Below are positions 38,962 to 46,203 of a stretch of 64,000 nucleotides of DNA, piece by piece. Position numbers and translations under genes: made by a program. Each line of letters starts with the position of its first letter. The stretch's first letter is position 1. Location of the stretch: assembly GCA_052034235.1 (NCBI GenBank), contig JBPOIT010000005.1, positions 113,698 to 177,697 on the forward strand, given 5' to 3'. This DNA is from Candidatus Levyibacteriota bacterium. Lineage in GTDB: Bacteria; Patescibacteriota; Microgenomatia; Levybacterales; UBA12049. The notes below the pieces were generated by a model. It had not been told where the DNA came from. It made no database searches and saw only the letters and a list, made by a program, of their open reading frames with translations.

Positions 38962-39441
38962 CTAATTATTAGAACGTTCCTCTCTTCTTCTTTGTCTATC
39001 TAATTTTCTTTTTTCATCCGCTGCTTTTCTTTGTCGAATTCTTTCATCCCTATCTTCATTATAATCTGGTGGTCCGTCCTGTAAATCTCGTAATCTTCGT
39101 TCCTGCTGTCTTTGTTGAAGTCCGCCGTCTCCGCATTCAGCACCCATTGTTGTTAGACTTATTGCTACAAGTGCTCCAGCCCTTACCTTTTTACTACCTA
39201 AAACTCGTGAACCCAGTTCTACAAGAGTTCCACCTACGCTTTTTTCGCTCGTATCAGCTACTTTTGTAACTTTTACTAATTTTGCTTCCAATCGTTGTTG
39301 AGCTGTTAAAATACCGACATTGTTACGAACGCCAGCTTTCTCTGCTGGGGTTAACCCAAATGTTACTCCCCCTTCAGGAATTTGTTGGGCAATGCTTGCT
39401 ACAACTTCAGGATTAATGGTTGGTCCAGGTCTTTCTAACAT
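38962..39441 (-). CDS. Hypothetical protein, hydrophobic segment and charged tail
   Basis: 159-aa ORF with own TTGACA-17-TAGAAT promoter on minus strand. Confidence 0.6.
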   Translation of the reverse strand: MLERPGPTINPEVVASIAQQIPEGGVTFGLTPAEKAGVRNNVGILTAQQRLEAKLVKVTKVADTSEKSVGGTLVELGSRVLGSKKVRAGALVAISLTTMGAECGDGGLQQRQQERRLRDLQDGPPDYNEDRDERIRQRKAADEKRKLDRQRRREERSNN

Positions 39442-39552
39442 ATGTTTATGATTTGGATTCTACTCTTGACATATCACGTTGTCAATAGGTACTGAATATG
39501 TGCGGATATCACTTGCCATTTAAACCTATAGCATATATAATCGTTGTTTATT

Positions 39553-41610
39553 ATGACACGAGGACCGGAACAACCACGAATTGTGAAAAAAGGTCAGGAT
39601 AAACGACGACGACGTAGAAACCTCAGACTACCTGCTGTTGCTATGGCAACACTCCTTGCAGGAAGCGGATGCACTATCAGCGGGATTGAAAAAGATGAAA
39701 TACAGGCCAAACCTGGTATCGCGTCTCCATCCAGTCATACGTTGCAAGACTGTTTTACGGGAAATGCACCAGTTGAAGAAGTTGATTATTGTGTCGCATT
39801 CACAGCCATAGATACTGCTCGAAACGCAACAGGCCAAGTTGAAAAAGCTTTTAAAACTTCACAAATTGCCATAAACGAAATAAGTACTCCCGAAATTAAA
39901 AAACGAGCAGCTGATACACTTGTTTTTGCACAAGGAGGAAAAGCTATACGAATGGCTATTCACGATGAAGATTATAAAGGTGCAGAAAAATTAGCAGATG
40001 GTATAGAATCATCTGAAATACGTTCATCAGCTAAAAATATTATTGATGAAGTAGAAGTTCTCCTCGCAGCAAATGATATGAAAGATGGGGTTTTAGATAA
40101 AGAGGAAGAAAAAATCCTCTATGAAATTGAAGATCAGGCGCTTTTACTCAAAGTTGTTGGTTATCTCACTTCTATCGTAGAAAGAAATTATAATTTTGCG
40201 ACATATTATATAACTGATGCTGAAAAGAACAAAACAAACGCTGCAATCGATGCAACGTATCAGGAATTTGAAGACACGGTTCGAAGCGATTTGGCGTTAT
40301 GGAATACTGTTGAATATAAGGTAGAGACGGAAGAGGAAGGTTATTCATTATATAATGAGTGGAGCCGAAGAAGACTCAACAGAACAGGCCCGGATGCAAA
40401 ACCAGAATTTCCATTGCAGGAAAAAACGCAGCTAACCGATAGTGAGCAAATTGTACAACAGTTTGCAGGGTTTGTAACCACTATGAAGGGAATATTTCAT
40501 GATCCTTCAGATAGTACTGACAATGTTGATGTTACTTTTTGGAGAACCCTTGATGTCCTTGCTTCAAAACCTGATCTATTAAATTCACATTTTTTTGTTA
40601 CTGCAACGACTTCTGAAAATGAGAAAACAGGCACACTAGAAGCTTGGGAATATACCTATACACTGAACATACAGCCAATAACAGAAGAAACACGTCAGAA
40701 TCCAGACATTCAAGTTACAATAAAACAAAAACCATCTGGTCCAGAAGCTCTCAGTGCTAAGGCATTCATAGATTCACATGGACACTTTCATTCAGCACAA
40801 ACCAAAGGAGCAATTACACAACAGCAAGCAAGGGATGCATTGTCGATCATTGATACTACTGTTCCCAATATCACGACCAACTCAACGAATACAGCGGAGG
40901 TACTTTCTGGAGGGACTGATTATCCATATGAAGCAAACCTCAGAAGAGTAACCATAGGCAGTGATGGAGAAATAAATGTCTCATTCGGCAATGAAGGTCC
41001 ATTCTCTGCCGAATCTGAGATAATACCACCAGGCAATGGCCCGAATATAACTTCTCCAGAATGTTTTGATATTTTTACGGCTATTGATGCGATAGAAGGT
41101 TCTGAGTATGATCTTGCAGTTACTTTAGAAATTGCTGATAGATTATTACCTGGTAATGAAGAACCCTTAAAAACGACAGCTCATAAGGCAATTGATGCAA
41201 CGCTAGCAAGCACAGCAACGGTAAATCTAGACGAGGGCGATATAAGTGCCTTGGAAGCAGAGCAATTGATTGCATCTATGTATGGATCTAAAGATTCAGC
41301 CTCTGCAGCACTTGATATAAAAATTGCGGAAATAGCCATGAATAATTTATCTGAACATAACTTAGCTTATGCGTTGCATGTCACTGAACTTATAAAAAAT
41401 AAAAAACTACGCACGGAGGTTGCGAAAAAAATAAGCGATGCAAAGAAAGTACTTACAAGCCGTAACCCTGATAAAATAGAAAAGGCCGAACAATCATGGA
41501 AACAAATTGCAGCGAATTATGGTAATCGCGCAGACAGCGCTCGCACAGATATTACTTCTACTGCCGCTGATTCCAATAAAAAATTGGATCTCATTTGCGC
41601 TGGGAGTTAA
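39553..41610 (+). CDS. Large putative lipoprotein with related N- and C-terminal helical domains
   Basis: KRRRRR + hydrophobic + LAGSGC lipobox; TTGCCA-17-TATAAT promoter. Confidence 0.65.
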   Translation: MTRGPEQPRIVKKGQDKRRRRRNLRLPAVAMATLLAGSGCTISGIEKDEIQAKPGIASPSSHTLQDCFTGNAPVEEVDYCVAFTAIDTARNATGQVEKAFKTSQIAINEISTPEIKKRAADTLVFAQGGKAIRMAIHDEDYKGAEKLADGIESSEIRSSAKNIIDEVEVLLAANDMKDGVLDKEEEKILYEIEDQALLLKVVGYLTSIVERNYNFATYYITDAEKNKTNAAIDATYQEFEDTVRSDLALWNTVEYKVETEEEGYSLYNEWSRRRLNRTGPDAKPEFPLQEKTQLTDSEQIVQQFAGFVTTMKGIFHDPSDSTDNVDVTFWRTLDVLASKPDLLNSHFFVTATTSENEKTGTLEAWEYTYTLNIQPITEETRQNPDIQVTIKQKPSGPEALSAKAFIDSHGHFHSAQTKGAITQQQARDALSIIDTTVPNITTNSTNTAEVLSGGTDYPYEANLRRVTIGSDGEINVSFGNEGPFSAESEIIPPGNGPNITSPECFDIFTAIDAIEGSEYDLAVTLEIADRLLPGNEEPLKTTAHKAIDATLASTATVNLDEGDISALEAEQLIASMYGSKDSASAALDIKIAEIAMNNLSEHNLAYALHVTELIKNKKLRTEVAKKISDAKKVLTSRNPDKIEKAEQSWKQIAANYGNRADSARTDITSTAADSNKKLDLICAGS

Positions 41611-42289
41611 AAAGAAACGGGTTGAAGTTGGTTTTGTGATCGTAGTGGTCTTCGTGTTCTACTTTTTTAAGTTTATTTACCACATAATATGTTACAGGTG
41701 TGAAGAGCACTTCCATGGCAACTTTGAAAATGTAATTTGAAATTACGAGTGAAATAAGGACTTCAGTTGGCAAGAGTCCCCAGAAAGCAATGGCGATAAA
41801 GATGACCGTATCAAGCAGCTGCCCGATGAGCGTTGAACCGATTGTTCGTGACCAAAGATATTTCCCTTTGGTTGTAATTTTGAGTTTGGCAAGCAAAAAC
41901 GAATTGATAAATTCACCAGCGAAATATGCAACAATACTTGCAAGTACTATTCGTGGAGCAAGGCCGAGAATGGTGTTGTAAGCTTCTTGGTTTGGCCAAT
42001 CTGGTGATGGCGGCAGCATACCAACAACAATGATGATTCCAGCCATGAGCAGATTACATAACAATCCGATCCAAATTACCCGCCTTGCACGTGCATAACC
42101 ATATACTTCTGTTAAGATATCTCCAAAAATATAGGTGAGTGGAAATAAAATCGTGCCAGCATCAAGTGTGAGAAAGCCAAACGAGGTGAGTTTGGTGGAT
42201 GTGATGTTTGAAATAAGCAGAACCGCCACAAACAAAGCAGTTATGATATCAACATAGCGAAAGGTATGTACTTGTTTTTTCTCCGACAT
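41591..42289 (-). CDS. yhhQ: Queuosine precursor transporter (YhhQ/Vut_1)
   Basis: FPLTYIFGDILTEVYG, RIVLAS, RTIGSTLIGQLLDT; divergent from tgt. Confidence 0.92.
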   Translation of the reverse strand: MSEKKQVHTFRYVDIITALFVAVLLISNITSTKLTSFGFLTLDAGTILFPLTYIFGDILTEVYGYARARRVIWIGLLCNLLMAGIIIVVGMLPPSPDWPNQEAYNTILGLAPRIVLASIVAYFAGEFINSFLLAKLKITTKGKYLWSRTIGSTLIGQLLDTVIFIAIAFWGLLPTEVLISLVISNYIFKVAMEVLFTPVTYYVVNKLKKVEHEDHYDHKTNFNPFLFNSQRK

Positions 42290-42345
42290 AGGCTCTTATT
42301 ATACACCAGTTAGGCACCTTTGATGTGCTATACTTTCAAACATAC

Positions 42346-43620
42346 ATGAGCAGTTCACATTTTAAATTTAAAATACTAGGAAAAGACAAAAAATCAAAGG
42401 CCCGCTTGGGGCAACTGAAAACACCTCACGGGACGATAAACACACCTGCATTTGTGCCTGTCGGGACACTAGCGAGTGTCAAAGCTATTACACCGCAAGC
42501 ACTGACAGAACTTGGAACACAGATTGTGCTTTCAAACACCTATCATCTGCATTTGCGCCCAGGTGAGGATGTCATAGAAGAAATGGGAGGACTTGGGAAA
42601 TTTATGGGCTGGAATGGTCCGACAATGACAGATAGCGGCGGCTATCAAGTGTTTTCATTGGGAGTAGCTCAGCGCAAAGAAGTTGTGAGGGATATTACCG
42701 GCAAGAAAATAAACAAATTTACGAAATCTGTTTTTTTGAACCCTGCTGATAAAGTACCATTGTTATCAGCTGTCACTAAAACAACTGAAGATCGGCAAAA
42801 ACAAAAACTCAAAGGCGCACTCGTCAAAGATGATGGTGTGTGGTTTTTTTCTCATCTAAATGGTGACAAACAGTGGTTTGATTCTGAAATATCAATCAAA
42901 ATTCAGGAAAAGCTTGGAGCAGATTTGATTGTCGCGTTTGATGACCACGAATCCCCTCTCTGGGATCATGAAACGACAAAACTGTCACTTGAGAGAACCA
43001 GTCGCTGGGGCATTGCGAGTTTGCAGTATCATAAACGCAAAGACCAACTTATGTACGGTATTGTCCACGGCGGACGCTATGAAGATTTGCGGATATTTTC
43101 AGCTAAATTTACCAATAAATATTTTGATGCGGTTTCAATTGGCGGGTCTTATACCTCCAAGGAAGTTTTATTTCAAATGATTTCTTCATGTGTCCCCTAT
43201 TTTGATGAAGAAAAACCCAGACATCTTTTAGGAATTGGCGAAATAGAAGATGTTTTTGAAGCTGTTGCGAGAGGAATGGATTTTTTTGATTGTGTCGCAC
43301 CGACAAGAAGAGCGAGGCATGGCAGTCTTTTTGTCAGTCCAAAAAACGGCGGACGTAAAGAAAAAAGTTTTGTCTTTCATATCACCAATAAACAGTTTCA
43401 AAGAGATCCTAACCCAATTGATCCAGGCTGTGAATGTTTTGTCTGCCAAAATTACACCAGAGCCTACCTCCACCATCTTTTTGTCGGCGAAGAACTTTTA
43501 GCCTTTCAGCTGGCAACATATCACAATCTCTATTTCATCACCAAACTCATGGAAAAAGTCAGAAAATCTCTCGAAGACGGTAGCTTCCACTTACTCAAAG
43601 ATGCATGGCTTGAGCAATAA
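42346..43620 (+). CDS. tgt: tRNA-guanine transglycosylase
   Basis: TPAFVPVGT, NTYHL, DSGGYQ, FFDCVAPTR, Zn site CECFVC...H. Confidence 0.93.
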   Translation: MSSSHFKFKILGKDKKSKARLGQLKTPHGTINTPAFVPVGTLASVKAITPQALTELGTQIVLSNTYHLHLRPGEDVIEEMGGLGKFMGWNGPTMTDSGGYQVFSLGVAQRKEVVRDITGKKINKFTKSVFLNPADKVPLLSAVTKTTEDRQKQKLKGALVKDDGVWFFSHLNGDKQWFDSEISIKIQEKLGADLIVAFDDHESPLWDHETTKLSLERTSRWGIASLQYHKRKDQLMYGIVHGGRYEDLRIFSAKFTNKYFDAVSIGGSYTSKEVLFQMISSCVPYFDEEKPRHLLGIGEIEDVFEAVARGMDFFDCVAPTRRARHGSLFVSPKNGGRKEKSFVFHITNKQFQRDPNPIDPGCECFVCQNYTRAYLHHLFVGEELLAFQLATYHNLYFITKLMEKVRKSLEDGSFHLLKDAWLEQ

Positions 43621-43630
43621 TTTTTTACAC

Positions 43631-44233
43631 TTACAAAAGTATTGCCAATGCGGACAAACCAAAAAGTATAATTATTCCTCCTGATATTCTATTAATCAGA
43701 CGCAGATGTTTTGTATTTATTTTTACTCTAAGAAAACTCATTCCCGTACTAAGTGTCAGCCACCAAAGTGCTGAGCCGGTAAAGACACCGATGACTAAAA
43801 GTAGTGACGTCAGGTAATTCCCCGCTTCAATCCCCACGCCAGCAAAGATGGCGATAAAAGATAAAATTGTGGCAGGATTGGTGATAGTGAGAAAAAGTGT
43901 AGAGAGATAATCTGCAATCAAACCTTTATGTTCTGCTTTGGCGCTGTGGTCTGCTGGTTTGGCAGTGAATGTTTTGTAGCCCAAGTAACACAAGAACAAT
44001 CCACCAACCAAACTCAGAAGCATTTTTTCCTTAAGTAAAAAGCTGGAAATTGCGGTAATGCCAAACGCCGCAATCACACCGTAAAACCCATCAGCAGTAG
44101 CCGCACCAAGTCCTGAAAGAAGACCTGACAACCGCCCATACGAAAGTGTCCGGCGAATACACAACAGACCAATCGGCCCCACAGGTGCGGCGATTGCAAA
44201 TCCAATAAGAATACCTTTCAGTAAATATTCCAT
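43631..44233 (-). CDS. LysE/RhtB-family exporter
   Basis: AAPVGPIGLLCIRRTL, GLGAATADG, TITNPATIL, GSALWW. Confidence 0.9.
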   Translation of the reverse strand: MEYLLKGILIGFAIAAPVGPIGLLCIRRTLSYGRLSGLLSGLGAATADGFYGVIAAFGITAISSFLLKEKMLLSLVGGLFLCYLGYKTFTAKPADHSAKAEHKGLIADYLSTLFLTITNPATILSFIAIFAGVGIEAGNYLTSLLLVIGVFTGSALWWLTLSTGMSFLRVKINTKHLRLINRISGGIIILFGLSALAILL

Positions 44234-44257
44234 AAAAAAACCAGCCATTTGGCTGGT
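44234..44257 (-). terminator. Attenuator terminator (3:4 hairpin) abutting lysE start
   Basis: Minus strand ACCAGCC-AAAT-GGCTGGT-TTTTTT-ATG. Confidence 0.82.
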
Positions 44258-44285
44258 ATATCTTTTCAAAACAAAAACCAGCCAC

Positions 44286-44333
44286 CTACATGGAATCTGG
44301 GTTTTGTTGATATGAAAAATGAGCACGCGTCAT
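44286..44333 (-). CDS. Putative leader peptide MTRAHFSYQQNPDSM (leaderless uORF)
   Basis: TATAAT (44345-44340) 6 nt before ATG; overlaps segment 1 of mutually exclusive hairpins. Confidence 0.65.
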   Translation of the reverse strand: MTRAHFSYQQNPDSM

Positions 44334-44365
44334 AAAAGTATTATAACGCTAAACTTCTTTTTCGT

Positions 44366-44788
44366 CTATAAAGAAGGATACTTTTTGTTAATCTCATCAA
44401 TTGATAGTTTAATACTTTTTTCCAAAACGGTAAGATCTATATCTGAAAGTTTATTGATATACAGACATGCACCTGTTGCTTTGTGTTTTCCCAGATTATC
44501 AAGCAAACCCTGTTCTTTGGCACTCCCGGTATTTAAATAGACAACTAAATTTGCTTTGCGTGGAGAAAAACCAGTAATGCACATATCTCCTTCATGTCCG
44601 GATTCGTATTTGTAGTGATATTTCCCAAACCCCACAATAGTCGGTCCCCACATAACAGCTTTTTCCCCGGTAATTTTTCCCATGAGTTTGAGAAGAGTAA
44701 AAGCGTCTTCACGTTTGGAAGCAGGTTCAACTGCACTGAGAAAATCTTCGACGTTTACCTGTGTCGCTTTTGTTTTGAGGTCTGCCAT
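44366..44788 (-). CDS. DUF1801 protein
   Basis: MWGPTIVGFGKYHYKYESGHEGD, GFSPRKANL, LGKHK..ACLYINKLSD. Confidence 0.88.
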   Translation of the reverse strand: MADLKTKATQVNVEDFLSAVEPASKREDAFTLLKLMGKITGEKAVMWGPTIVGFGKYHYKYESGHEGDMCITGFSPRKANLVVYLNTGSAKEQGLLDNLGKHKATGACLYINKLSDIDLTVLEKSIKLSIDEINKKYPSL

Positions 44789-44790
44789 AC

Positions 44791-45375
44791 TTAATCCTTT
44801 GGTTGTCTGCCTGTAAGAGCAAGTAACTTTTCAATAAGAGGTGCATCTTCTGGTACTTTTATTTCTTCACCAATGACACCAATTTGTCTGAAATATGCTG
44901 CATTGGGTACGATATATTCCCAAATGCCCTCAATCAATTTATCAGGCAAATGATACGGTATATGGAGCAATCTACCGAAATCAACTGCACGAAACGTTCG
45001 GAACAGTGTTATGTGATACAGATACTCTTCAGCCGGATAATCTCCATAGCTGAGATGGACATTTTTTTTGAGATCAGCACTTTTAACCGCCTCCACAGAT
45101 TTATCAACAATTGCATGCCAATTCACTTTAGGATCACTGCCCAGCAAATCCCCATCATATTTCGTCCCAACTTCCGCAATCGTCTTCCCAGCAAGAGTCT
45201 CCGGCACCCAAGCATCATCATAAGCATGATAATTGATAAGCTTCCGAACAGTCCACTCTCCATCCTGTATAGTAAATCCCTTCGGCACCACAATCTCCCA
45301 CTGATTATCCGAGATCTGATCGACAACCTCAGTCAAAGCCTTCTCCGAAAGTAAAAACAGTTCAGCAGAATTCAT
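44791..45375 (-). CDS. DinB-superfamily / TIGR03086-like (MDMPI-type) metal-binding protein
   Basis: EWTVRKLINYH, DLLGSDP, VHLSYG, VPEDAP..LLALTGR. Confidence 0.75.
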   Translation of the reverse strand: MNSAELFLLSEKALTEVVDQISDNQWEIVVPKGFTIQDGEWTVRKLINYHAYDDAWVPETLAGKTIAEVGTKYDGDLLGSDPKVNWHAIVDKSVEAVKSADLKKNVHLSYGDYPAEEYLYHITLFRTFRAVDFGRLLHIPYHLPDKLIEGIWEYIVPNAAYFRQIGVIGEEIKVPEDAPLIEKLLALTGRQPKD

Positions 45376-45468
45376 ATGAGAATTAGTATACCCAAAAAAC
45401 TGTAAAATGCTTGTAAGAAATTGTTATTGGCTTATAGCAGATATTATGCAGATGTAAGTAGTACCGAA

Positions 45469-46155
45469 CTATTTAAGTGGAGATATCGAAAATGCAAATC
45501 TATCCATATCTTCTGGAGTAAGCCCATCAGGATAGTCTCTGACTATCAATGATTTAAATCCTGTCTGCTGCAAAAGATCTGTTAATTCACTAAATGATGT
45601 TACCGTGACATAGTCATTTAAATAGTCATCAAATTGTGGAGAACGCTGATTCTCTGGATTTTGTTGATATAGAACTAGATCTGTTCTTCCTAATGTCGGC
45701 ACAATAATACACCCAATTGGGTAGCCATCAACACCTGAACTAAACCTTGAAACATCACGACCCACCACAAGTGCTCTCAAGTCATGTTCTGATGGAACAT
45801 ATGATGAAATAGGATTTTCCATCCCATAAGGATGCGTATGAGCATCAATTAACTGAAATCGTCCCTGGTCTATTAATTCTTGTCTCTGAGCAGATTCCTC
45901 AGGCGTATGTTCTACATACTCATCACCGATAACAGATTTAGTAATATGTGATAATCCTTTTGTTTTAGGATTTAAAAATAAATCAAAGCCAATCTCCATG
46001 TCGTGTTCAGTTCGACCTAATGTTGAGATAGCTTTTCTAACCTGTGATTTAAAGATTGGCTTATTAATAGCAGCATAAAGAATAGAACCCGAGATAACAA
46101 TATCTTTTTTTATCTTTGGTTCGGGAGCAACCGGTATTTCTCCATTTCCTTCCAT
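45469..46155 (-). CDS. Putative JAB/MPN-like metalloprotein
   Basis: Upstream Glu (MEIGF), HTHP...PSEHD. Confidence 0.55.
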   Translation of the reverse strand: MEGNGEIPVAPEPKIKKDIVISGSILYAAINKPIFKSQVRKAISTLGRTEHDMEIGFDLFLNPKTKGLSHITKSVIGDEYVEHTPEESAQRQELIDQGRFQLIDAHTHPYGMENPISSYVPSEHDLRALVVGRDVSRFSSGVDGYPIGCIIVPTLGRTDLVLYQQNPENQRSPQFDDYLNDYVTVTSFSELTDLLQQTGFKSLIVRDYPDGLTPEDMDRFAFSISPLK

Positions 46156-46203
46156 TTAACTATTTATATCACCAATTGCTTTGAATAACTACTAAATGAG
46201 TGC

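Noticed and set aside
39466-39485. Inverted repeat TTGACA-N8-TGTCAA
   Set aside because: Explained by back-to-back -35 elements in a divergent promoter region; opposite arm order to the GTTGTC-N7-GACAAC motif
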